This document shows, piece after piece, positions 1-7,971 of a stretch of DNA of 38,427 nt (within the stretch, counting starts at the first letter, position 1; each line of letters starts with the position of its first letter). A model generated the notes under the pieces. It ran no database searches, was not told the DNA's origin, and saw only the letters and a list, made by a program, of their open reading frames with translations. Both the position numbers and the translations under genes were made by a program. This DNA is from an uncultured Bacilli bacterium (GTDB taxonomy: Bacteria > Bacillota_I > Bacilli_A > RF39 > UBA660), in assembly GCA_947627835.1 (NCBI GenBank), contig CANQXM010000001.1, positions 1 to 38,427 on the forward strand. The letters run 5' to 3'.

Positions 1-129
1 CATAGTAAAATAGAAACAACTGAAAACTATTATATATCTAGTTCAGAGGAATCAATTAAAATAGCAAGTGAAAAATTCGAGCAAACAGTACAATCTAAAA
101 TAATTGATGAAATATCAAATTATAAATAA
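1..129 (+). CDS. 3' fragment of a tyrosine recombinase/integrase (5' end lies outside the window)
   Basis: Frame 1 reads HSKIETTENYYISSSEE...NYK* with TAA at 127-129. H-S-x-I-x-T-T-x-x-Y matches the C-terminal catalytic-Tyr box (LGHSxIxTTxxY) of tyrosine recombinases. Confidence 0.5.
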   Translation, partial: HSKIETTENYYISSSEESIKIASEKFEQTVQSKIIDEISNYK

Positions 130-275
130 AAGATCATAAAATAATAAAAAATAAAATAAATTATCTATAAATACCAAATATGATATACTAATCTTAGTAA
201 ACGGATGCAAACAAAGCTTGCAAAATGTTTGCAAATGAAAAAGAGGAAAATTATTTTTAAAACTGAGAGGCACAA

Positions 276-761
276 ATGAAAATAAATTATTCGGATGAAG
301 ATGTTGTAAAAGGAGAAAAATCTATATTCTTGGCTGGGCCAACACCAAGAAATAAAGATGCACGTTCATGGAGAATAGAAGCATGCAATATTTTAGAAAA
401 TATTGGTTTTGATGGCTTAGTATATGTTCCTGAATACTCTAATTGGAAACCAAAAGAAAGTTATGTTGATCAAGCAATGTGGGAAAGAATAGCTTTAAGT
501 GAAGCTACTACTATAGTATTTTGGATTCCACGACATTTACCAGATATGCCAGCATTTACTACTAATGTAGAATTTGGATATTGGTTACATACTGGAAAAG
601 TAGTATATGGAAGACCTGATAATGCTGAAAAAATTAAATATTTAGATTGGCTTTATGAATTAGATTATGATAATAAACCAATAAATAATCTTCAAGAATT
701 ATTACAGTTAGCAGTCATAAAAACGAATGAAACAAAATTAAATAAAGTATTAATAAAATAA
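276..761 (+). CDS. Nucleoside 2-deoxyribosyltransferase-like protein (Nuc_deoxyri_tr2-type)
   Basis: 161-aa ORF with RBS GAGAGG upstream. Motifs IFLAGPTPR, SWR..A, GFDGLVYVPE, IVFWIPR, MPAFTTNVEFGYW resemble PF15891-type proteins as I recall them. Confidence 0.6.
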   Translation: MKINYSDEDVVKGEKSIFLAGPTPRNKDARSWRIEACNILENIGFDGLVYVPEYSNWKPKESYVDQAMWERIALSEATTIVFWIPRHLPDMPAFTTNVEFGYWLHTGKVVYGRPDNAEKIKYLDWLYELDYDNKPINNLQELLQLAVIKTNETKLNKVLIK

Positions 762-784
762 CTTAAATTAATGAAGGGGGAAAA

Positions 785-1374
785 ATGAAGACAGATATAG
801 TAACAACTGAAATTATTGTAAAAGAAAATAAAATTGGATAATGCGAGTTGGGAATGTTAATTATATTTCTTTAACCAATTTAGCAAAATATGCAAATCCC
901 AAAGATCCCTCTGGAGTAATAAGAAACTGGATGTCTAATAAGAATTCTTTTGATTATTATAGTTTATGGGAAGAAATTAATAATGAAAATTTTAATTCCG
1001 TGGAATCCCACAGAATTAAAATTGATGAAGTTCCATATAATAGATTTACTATGACTCCAAATAGATGGAAGAAAAATTTTAATGCTATTGGTATTATTCC
1101 AAGTAGTGGAAAATATAGTAAAGGTACATTTTCTCATCCAGATATTGCTTTTGAATTTGCTAGTTGATTATCACCAGAATTTAAATTGTATTTAATAACT
1201 GAATTTGAAAGATTAAAAACTAACGAAGCTTATCAATGTAAAATTGAGTGGAGTGCTACTAGACTTTTATCAAAAGTTAATTACGTAGTTCATACAGATG
1301 CAATAAAAAAATTATATGATTGAGTTGGTAAACGAATATTGAAAATTTTCTCATTTTTTAAAAACAAAATTTAA
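785..1374 (+). pseudogene. KilA-N domain DNA-binding protein, decayed (frameshift plus two in-frame TGA)
   Basis: Strong RBS GAAGGGGG then ATG at 785, but TAA at 839-841 and the reading continues in another frame from 841. NYISLTNLAKY...NWM...W...NAIGI...GTFSHPDIAFEFAS*LSPEFKLYL is the typical KilA-N family signature. In-frame TGA at 1165-1167 and 1321-1323, and homology is lost after HTDAIKK. Confidence 0.6.
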
Positions 1375-1382
1375 GAAGATAT

Positions 1383-1565
1383 ATAAATGGAGAAATGGAT
1401 GAAAATTCAACATGTCAGAATTTCTGACAAGTTCAAAATAAAGGAAATAAAGAGACATCACTAGAAATTCCATTTTATAATTTAGACATGATAATTTCTT
1501 TAGGATATTGCATTAAATCTAAGATACTAATTTTAGAAAATAATCAAATCAAAAAATTAAATTAA
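1383..1565 (+). pseudogene. RhuM-family (virulence/phage-associated) gene remnant
   Basis: Translation GEMDENSTCQNF*QVQNKGNKETSLEIPFYNLDMIISLGYCIKSK resembles the conserved RhuM core (ENS..C.KF....G......FYNLD.IISVGYRV.SK). It is interrupted by TGA at 1425-1427 and lacks both N- and C-terminal parts. Confidence 0.5.
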
Positions 1566-1750
1566 TTCATACAAACAAAAGGAATATTACAATATATATG
1601 GAAAAAGTGAAAAAAGAATTAGTGAAAAAATCAAAGAAATTAATAACAGCTCAATAGTAAATTTTTTCTTATGTAAAAAAGAAATTTATATTATAATATA
1701 CTTGTATTAGCAAAAATACAAAGCCACAAAATCACAATGTGTAGCAATTC

Positions 1751-1786
1751 TGCGTAAGTCCAATTGTAGAAGACTTACGCATTTTT
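1751..1786 (+). terminator. Rho-independent terminator-like hairpin
   Basis: Perfect 10-bp stem TGCGTAAGTC (1751-1760) / GACTTACGCA (1772-1781) with an 11-nt loop, followed by TTTTT (1782-1786). Confidence 0.55.
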
Positions 1787-1818
1787 AATTATTCTAAAAA
1801 TAAGAAAGCGAGGAAAAT

Positions 1819-2313
1819 ATGTATAAAATAAATGATTATGTAATTTATAAAAAAGACATATGTCAGATAAAAGATATCAAAAATAATAAAATGAATGGAC
1901 AAGATTATTATGTTTTAATTCCAATAGAAGACAACTCATTAATCATTAACATTCCTGTAGATGATAAAATGGGATGCTTAAGAAGTATTATAAGTAAAGA
2001 GAAAGCAGAGTCCTTAATTAATAATATTTGCAACATAAAACCAATAGAAAATACAGATGAAAGATATATAGAAAAAGCATATAAAGAATTACTGCATAGT
2101 GGTACTCAAGAAGATCTAATAAAAATTATTAAAACCACCTACTTAAGAAACGCTGATAGAATTAAAAATAATAAAAAAATTAGTGATAAAGATAATAATT
2201 ACTTTAATAAAGCCGAAAAGTATCTGTATAACGAGCTTTCAATTGTTTATCACATGAATTTTGAAGAAACAAAAAATTATATTATTCATAAAATAGAAGA
2301 AATCATAAAATAA
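1819..2313 (+). CDS. CarD/CdnL-family RNA-polymerase-binding transcription regulator-like protein
   Basis: 164 aa with RBS GCGAGGAAAA. The N-terminal YKINDYVIYKKD...I..I......G.DYYVLIP......I.IPVD......LR.IISKE.A resembles the CarD_CdnL_TRCF domain. The size and C-terminal helical part also fit CarD. Confidence 0.65.
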   Translation: MYKINDYVIYKKDICQIKDIKNNKMNGQDYYVLIPIEDNSLIINIPVDDKMGCLRSIISKEKAESLINNICNIKPIENTDERYIEKAYKELLHSGTQEDLIKIIKTTYLRNADRIKNNKKISDKDNNYFNKAEKYLYNELSIVYHMNFEETKNYIIHKIEEIIK

Positions 2314-2402
2314 CTTTTTAAATGAAAACTCGCAAAATATTGTATAATAAAAATATAAGAATTCATCAAGAAAAAACATAGAATAAAAGAGGAGTTATAT
2401 TA

Positions 2403-2648
2403 ATGAGAGAAATAAAGAAAAATGCCATTTATAAACACTTTAAAGGAAATTATTATTTAATTTTGGATATTGCAACTCATTCTGAAACTCAAGAAAAATA
2501 TGTAGTATATAGAAGTTTATATGGAGAGGGAGATTTATTTGTACGGCCTTTAGATATGTTTTTATCAGAAGTAGACCATCAAAAATATCCAGATATAAAA
2601 CAAAAATATAGATTTGAATTGCAAGAAATCAAAAGCGCCACGAAATAG
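2403..2648 (+). CDS. DUF1653 domain protein
   Basis: 81 aa with RBS AAGAGGAG. YKHFKGNYYLILDIATHSETQEKYVVYRSLYGEGDLFVRPLDMFLSEV matches the DUF1653 signature as I recall it. Confidence 0.7.
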   Translation: MREIKKNAIYKHFKGNYYLILDIATHSETQEKYVVYRSLYGEGDLFVRPLDMFLSEVDHQKYPDIKQKYRFELQEIKSATK

Positions 2649-2668
2649 ATTAAAAAATATAAGATGAT

Positions 2669-2696
2669 AAGAGGACTAAAGATAGTTCTCTTTTTT
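2669..2696 (+). terminator. Rho-independent terminator after the DUF1653 gene
   Basis: Stem AAGAGGAC (2669-2676) / GTTCTCTT (2685-2692) with one G-U pair, an 8-nt loop and a T-run to 2696. Confidence 0.5.
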
Positions 2697-2754
2697 ATCA
2701 TTAAGAGAGCGTAAAGACTTTTCGTAAAGTTGCCTATAAGAATAACAATGAAAA

Positions 2755-3642
2755 TTATTTGTTATTTATCATCATATCAATTAATTTTTTTGCACAGTAT
2801 TGTGGAATTGTTTTATTTAGTGTTGCAATGCCAATATATCTTGCTGGAATTTTGGGAGTAACATTTATTTCAAACAATGATTTATTCAAATCTTCTTTAA
2901 TAAACTCTCGTGTGGCATAGCCGATTCCAAATCCACTTTTAACAAAATCCATAATCAAATTATAACTAACAATTTCTGCTTTTGGAACTAAGCTACTATT
3001 ATTATTTTTTAAATAATTATTTAGAAAAGCCCTAGTATTTGAAGGACTTTTTTGGAAAAGCAAAGGATAGTTTTTTAATTCTTCCAACTTAATTTTGCCT
3101 TTGGTTAATTCGTAATATTCTCTATTTCCAACAAAAACATCTTGAACATCCATAACTTTTTGAATTTTTAAATCTTTTATCTCATCCATTGGCAAATTGA
3201 GTATCAGCATATCCAAATTTCCGTTTCTGAGATCTCTAATTAAGTTTTCAGTTAAAGTATTTACAATTTTTATTTCAATATTAGGATATTGCTTATGAAA
3301 TAATTCTAAGTAAGGCATTAAAACATATTTGCTAACCGTAGCGCTAGCTCCAATGGATATAATTCCACAGTATAGATTTTTAATATTGGTTAGCATATTT
3401 TCGCCATTTGTAAAACTTTCAACGCCTTGCTTTACATACTTAAATAATATTTTACCCTCTTCAGTTAATATGACGCCTTTTTTAGTACGTACAAATAATG
3501 CCACATTTAACTGGGACTCCAATGATTTAATTTGCCATGAAACAGCCGGTTGAGAAATCATTAACTTATTTGCAGCTAATGATATACTCCCTTCACTCGC
3601 TACGTGATAAAAAATTTTGTAAGATTCATAATTAATATTCAT
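2755..3642 (-). CDS. LysR-family transcriptional regulator
   Basis: The ORF-track entry 2755..3771 has an implausible N-terminal extension. The ATG at 3642 is preceded by RBS AAGGAGT and gives MNINYESYKIFYHVASEGSISLAANKLMISQPAVSWQIKSLESQL, the LysR wHTH signature. A LysR substrate-binding domain follows. Confidence 0.88.
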   Translation of the reverse strand: MNINYESYKIFYHVASEGSISLAANKLMISQPAVSWQIKSLESQLNVALFVRTKKGVILTEEGKILFKYVKQGVESFTNGENMLTNIKNLYCGIISIGASATVSKYVLMPYLELFHKQYPNIEIKIVNTLTENLIRDLRNGNLDMLILNLPMDEIKDLKIQKVMDVQDVFVGNREYYELTKGKIKLEELKNYPLLFQKSPSNTRAFLNNYLKNNNSSLVPKAEIVSYNLIMDFVKSGFGIGYATREFIKEDLNKSLFEINVTPKIPARYIGIATLNKTIPQYCAKKLIDMMINNK

Positions 3643-3759
3643 ATATAAACACTCCTTATATAAGACATAAATAATATATATTATATTTATACAATAGATT
3701 AAACTATAATACAATTGAAAAGAGTAAAACTCTTGATAATAAAAGAAAGGAAGATTATA

Positions 3760-5553
3760 ATGGCAAGTCACAGTGGACTTAAATATGTATTGGAAACAAA
3801 AAAAGGATATGTAAAAAAGGATGGAAGTTTTACTAATAAAATAAATGAAGCCTTGCTTATTGATTTTTTAGAATTTGGGTTTGCAGCGAATGCAGAAGAT
3901 GTTTACAAAAAATTGGGATTTAAAGATCAGGAAGTAATATTAGATGAGGTAAAATTTCATACAGTCATACCAGCATACGAAGCAAGAGATGGAATCGGAA
4001 TTAAATACTATTTATTAATGGGATATGATCTTGAGAAGGCTTGTAATCAATCCGCTAGAGATTATTATGATTATAAATTATATAATGATGAAGAATGCTT
4101 AAAATATCAAAACGATTTACGAGCAAAAGTGCTTGATTATTATAAAAAATGTAAAACAATTTCTCAAGTTTTAAAAATGAACAATAAAGAATTATTTCTT
4201 TATGAAACAAATGAGGAAAAGCAGGAAATTTTAGGTGGCTTTTTAAAGTGTTATTATTCTGATATAGGAAGTGTATACAGATATTCAATACCATTAAAAA
4301 ATCCACATGTTGAAAAATATTTTAATATGAACAAAGAAGATTTAAACTACTATAATTATTTTCAACAAAACGGCTTAAAGGAATATTTTTTGAATCGATT
4401 TAATAACGAAAAATTTAACTTCGGATTACATTATGATACAGAAATATTAGATATAAAATTAGACAATGATGAATTAATAATATATTTGAATGATTGGAAT
4501 AATTGGAGTGATTATAAAGTTGCTAAAGCAATATGTTCGATAATAAGAGATTTTTATTTTATGAAAGAAATGCATATTACAAGAATGTTCGGAAGTTATG
4601 TAATTCTTCAAAAAATAAATGGCGAGCTAACTGCAGTAAAAGCAAATTCTGTACCAATTAAATACTGTCCGCTTATGATAAAACTTTTAAAAGAAGTAGG
4701 TGGTGAATTAGCAGAAAAATTAATAAATAGTTTAAACACAAATGATGAGAAAAAACAAACAGAATTAATGTGTCAATTAATTAATCAAGTCGTAATAAAA
4801 AGTGGATATTTTGATACTAATCGTCCTCTTAATTCATGCGAAGATAATGTATTATTTGGAGCAAGTGAAACAATATCTTCTGCTTTTAAATCAGAATTAT
4901 TGGATGCGGCAGTTATAGTATCAAATAATTTGGGAACAATCATAACGACAGACAATTCCAACACCCAAGGCGCCGTTAAAAGAATGACAGGATTATTTTA
5001 TACTACTCCTGCAGAATCAATAATAAAAATTGCTGAAGATGCTGGTATTATTCCCGTTTTCCCATATACCGGAGAAATAAATCAAATTCAGGGCGTAAAA
5101 CAAGCAATAAACATGGGGTATAAAAGAATAGCGGTAACTTTTGCAGCTCAGGACAACGAATTTATGAATCAACTTAAAGAGTTAGAAAGCGCAGGCACAA
5201 TTATTTATAAATTCGGATTATGCTCAACTGGAATTGGTAAAGAGGTAGCTCAAACAATGTTAGAAAATGCGGATATTGTATGGTCATGCGCTTCTAAAAA
5301 TGTAAAAGAATACATAGAGCCAAACGCAATAGCTCAAGTAGGTATAAAAATTCCTGTATACATTATGACGAAAAAAGGCTGGGAATTAGTAAAAAATCAC
5401 TTAGAATTTATGTCAAATCAACAAAAACTAAATGATATCACACTATGTAATGGCGATGAAAGAGCAATTATATTAAATCAAAATAATGATTTAAAACTGA
5501 TAAAAAAGAAAGAGCTACATAATTGCACCGATTGCCCATATCCTTGCATATAA
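3760..5553 (+). CDS. Hypothetical 597-aa protein: unknown N-terminal ~290 aa fused to a DUF2099 (methanogenesis-marker-8-like) domain, with a C-terminal CxxCxxxC
   Basis: ATG at 3760 follows RBS GAAAGGAAG. The region HITRMFGSYVILQKINGELTAV......IKYCPLM ... FGASE ... LLDAAVIVSNNLGTIITTDN..TQGAVKRMTGL..T.P ... GVKQAINMGYKRIAVTF ... ADIVWSCASK resembles PF09872 from memory. The protein ends HNCTDCPYPCI. Confidence 0.55.
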   Translation: MASHSGLKYVLETKKGYVKKDGSFTNKINEALLIDFLEFGFAANAEDVYKKLGFKDQEVILDEVKFHTVIPAYEARDGIGIKYYLLMGYDLEKACNQSARDYYDYKLYNDEECLKYQNDLRAKVLDYYKKCKTISQVLKMNNKELFLYETNEEKQEILGGFLKCYYSDIGSVYRYSIPLKNPHVEKYFNMNKEDLNYYNYFQQNGLKEYFLNRFNNEKFNFGLHYDTEILDIKLDNDELIIYLNDWNNWSDYKVAKAICSIIRDFYFMKEMHITRMFGSYVILQKINGELTAVKANSVPIKYCPLMIKLLKEVGGELAEKLINSLNTNDEKKQTELMCQLINQVVIKSGYFDTNRPLNSCEDNVLFGASETISSAFKSELLDAAVIVSNNLGTIITTDNSNTQGAVKRMTGLFYTTPAESIIKIAEDAGIIPVFPYTGEINQIQGVKQAINMGYKRIAVTFAAQDNEFMNQLKELESAGTIIYKFGLCSTGIGKEVAQTMLENADIVWSCASKNVKEYIEPNAIAQVGIKIPVYIMTKKGWELVKNHLEFMSNQQKLNDITLCNGDERAIILNQNNDLKLIKKKELHNCTDCPYPCI

Positions 5554-5727
5554 ATATTAAATATAAACAGACAATTAATATAAAAGCAGAAAGTTCTCAA
5601 AAATCATATAAATGATTCGCTAGTAAAAAAGTAATGATATAATATACATGAAAAACGCACAAGAAGAACAGAATGTTATGAACTATAGCGATGAAAAAAT
5701 AAAAAAAGAGAAAAATTAGAGGTAAAA

Positions 5728-6336
5728 ATGGAAGATCAAACAATAAAATTTTTAATGAAAATCAATGATTTACAAAAAACAAAGCGATATGGAAATTATC
5801 CAAAGTTTAGAGAAAGCACAGCCGATCATACCTTTAAAGTAATTCTGATAGTAGATTATTTATATAAGCAACTAAATCTTTCTTTAAATTATGAAAAATG
5901 TATCAGGTTAGCCATATATCATGATTTTGGGGAAATGGATTTAGAAAAAGACGTTGATATCAAAGGAAATGCTAACAAAGAAATTACAAATCAAAAAAAC
6001 ATCTATGAAAAAAACAAAATCAAAGAGTTATCCACACTATATAATTCCAACATTGAAACATATTATGACGAATATAAAGAAAAAAATACAGAAGAAGCCC
6101 GCTTCGTCAATGCCTGTGATAAACTGGAAGGAATGATTCACCCATTAACCATACAAAAGCCTATTATGAATCATGAGTTATTTGCAACTTATGCTGATAA
6201 AGCTATCAAAGATTTTCCACTTTTAATGCCAATATATCAAAAGATTAAAATCATATTAAAAGAAGAATACCAAAAGTGGGGCTTTGTTTGGAAAAAAGAA
6301 TACGACGACATTTTTAATATGATAAACAATAAATAA
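5728..6336 (+). CDS. HD-domain phosphohydrolase (YfbR-like 5'-deoxynucleotidase family)
   Basis: 202 aa with RBS AGAGG. The pattern R.......ESTADHTF ... AIYHDFGEMDL ... ACDKLEGM fits the H...HD...D metal-binding pattern of HD_3/YfbR-type proteins. Confidence 0.75.
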   Translation: MEDQTIKFLMKINDLQKTKRYGNYPKFRESTADHTFKVILIVDYLYKQLNLSLNYEKCIRLAIYHDFGEMDLEKDVDIKGNANKEITNQKNIYEKNKIKELSTLYNSNIETYYDEYKEKNTEEARFVNACDKLEGMIHPLTIQKPIMNHELFATYADKAIKDFPLLMPIYQKIKIILKEEYQKWGFVWKKEYDDIFNMINNK

Positions 6337-6352
6337 GAAAGGTGATAGAGAT

Positions 6353-6847
6353 ATGATAATCGAATATACAGATGAATTTGCAGAAGACGTTAAAGACTTA
6401 TTAGTAGAACTCCAAGAATACATTGCGTCCATTGACAAAGAAAAATACAACATGATTACTCCAGAATATCGAGAGAAATACTTTAAGAAAACAATTGATG
6501 AAATAAAAAAATATAATGGCAAGATGTTTCTATATAAAGAACAAAGTCAAATCGTCGGTTTAATTGTAGGACTTATAAACAATGACGAAATCAAAACATA
6601 TGATTTTCAAGCTCCAAAAAGAGGACGAATCACAGAATTAATCGTATCAAAACGAAGTCGCGCCAAAGGATATGGCAAAGTCTTATTAACAGAAATGGAA
6701 AATTATTTAAAAAGCATTGGTTGCCAAGACATTTTAATCGGAGTATTTAGTTATAATGAAAATGCTATAAAGTTTTATCAAAAATATGGCTATTTTTCTA
6801 GAACTATGGATATGTTTAAAAAGCTTTCCGAAAGTGTGATAAAATAA
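6353..6847 (+). CDS. GNAT-family N-acetyltransferase
   Basis: 164 aa with RBS AAAGGTGA. The acetyl-CoA motif A is present: ELIVSKRSRAKGYGKVLL...NENAIKFYQKYGY. Confidence 0.85.
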   Translation: MIIEYTDEFAEDVKDLLVELQEYIASIDKEKYNMITPEYREKYFKKTIDEIKKYNGKMFLYKEQSQIVGLIVGLINNDEIKTYDFQAPKRGRITELIVSKRSRAKGYGKVLLTEMENYLKSIGCQDILIGVFSYNENAIKFYQKYGYFSRTMDMFKKLSESVIK

Positions 6848-6881
6848 AAATAATCAAATAGATAAAAAGAAGGGTGATTTT

Positions 6882-7971
6882 ATGAAATCAGAACTAACTG
6901 CCAAGCTAAATGAATTAATGTTAAAACTAAACGACATTGGGAGGTCTCTTTGACTTACCATCAAAAAAAGAACAGATTCTTGCTTTAGAAAAAGAAATGG
7001 CCGAACCAAATTTTTGGGATGACATATCTCATGCCAACGAAGTAAACAAAAAGTGTGCCAATTTAAAAAAAGTAGTAGAAAGTGTTGATCAAATAAAAAA
7101 TCAACTTGTGGATAACCTAGAACTTATCAACATGTTAGAAGAAAATGAAATTGAAACCTTAAATAGTGAAATAAGCACCATCGAACAGACTATTGAAAAA
7201 CTAGAGATTGATACGCTTTTAAATGGCAAGTTCGACGAAATGAATTGCTATTTAGAAATTCATCCAGGAGCTGGAGGTACAGAGTCATGTGATTGGGCCA
7301 GTATGCTTCTGCGGATGTATGAACGTTTTTGTGAAAAAAATGACTTTTCCTATGAAATTATCGAAGAACAAAAAGGTGAAGAAGCAGGTATTAAAAGTGC
7401 AATGATTCTTATTAAAGGAAATTATGCTTATGGTTATTTTAAAGGAGAAAAAGGAATTCACCGTTTAGTTAGAATTTCTCCGTTTGACTCTAATGCAAGA
7501 AGACATACCAGTTTCGCAAGTGTAAGTATTACGCCAGAAATTAATCAAGATATCAACATTGAAATTAAAGAAACTGATTTAAAAATTGATGTGTATCATA
7601 GTAGCGGAGCAGGAGGACAATCTGTAAATACTTCTAACTCAGCAGTAAGAATCACCCATCTCCCTACAAAAGTAGTGGTTACCTGTCAAAACGAACGAAG
7701 TCAGATGAAAAATAAAGATCAAGCTATGAAAATCTTAAAAAGTAAATTAATTCAGTTAGAAGAAGAAAAAAAAGAACAAGAATTAAACAAAATAAAAGGA
7801 GTAAATAGCAGTAATGAATTTGGTTCACAAATAAGAAATTATGTATTAGAACCATACAAATTAATTAAAGATTTAAGAAGTGGTTATGAAAACAGCAATG
7901 TAGATAAAATCTTAGATGGAGATATTTTAGAAATGATGGAATCCGTTTTAAAAATGAAGGTGAATAAATGA
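6882..7971 (+). CDS. prfB: Peptide chain release factor 2, expressed via programmed +1 ribosomal frameshift (6882..6950 joined to 6952..7971)
   Basis: Frame 0 reads MKSELTAKLNELMLKLNDIGRSL then TGA at 6951-6953. The +1 frame continues DLPSKKEQILALEKEM..., with SPF (SPFDS) and GGQ (GAGGQSVN) motifs. The ORF track shows only the downstream part, starting at TTG 6937. Confidence 0.95.
6939..6954 (+). promoter_or_regulatory. RF2 autoregulatory frameshift site (internal SD + CUU UGA C)
   Basis: GGGAGG (6939-6944), a 3-nt spacer, then CTT TGA C (6948-6954). This is the canonical RF2 +1 shift cassette. Confidence 0.9.

Noticed and set aside
1165-1427. The idea that the organism uses genetic code 4 (TGA=Trp), prompted by a TGA at a conserved Trp position
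   Set aside because: An RF2 gene with a UGA-sensing frameshift is present. Many conserved genes (prfB, the M23 peptidase, ftsX and others) terminate at TGA at the expected length. The TGAs occur only in otherwise decayed island genes.
2755-3771. Long N-terminal extensions in several track ORFs, for example LysR to 3771, 3715, 10198, 17065, 18197, 20178, 23494, 26034, 29390 and 33905
   Set aside because: In each case an internal ATG with a proper Shine-Dalgarno gives the conserved family N-terminus. The extensions overlap upstream genes or promoters and are composition artefacts.
3329-4306. ORFs 3329-3553 (+) and 4055-4306 (-), overlapping the LysR gene and the DUF2099-fusion gene
   Set aside because: They are antisense to well-supported CDSs, with no RBS and hydrophobic junk-like translations.
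5649-5720. Small 23-codon ORF (MKNAQEEQNVMNYSDEKIKKEKN) upstream of the HD-domain gene
   Set aside because: It has no Shine-Dalgarno and is A-rich low-complexity sequence. It is more likely untranslated leader downstream of the TGaTATAAT -10.
6028-6036. Perfect DnaA box TTATCCACA
   Set aside because: It is a single copy inside the HD-domain coding sequence, with no cluster, no adjacent AT-rich unwinding element and no dnaA or dnaN nearby. It is not an origin.
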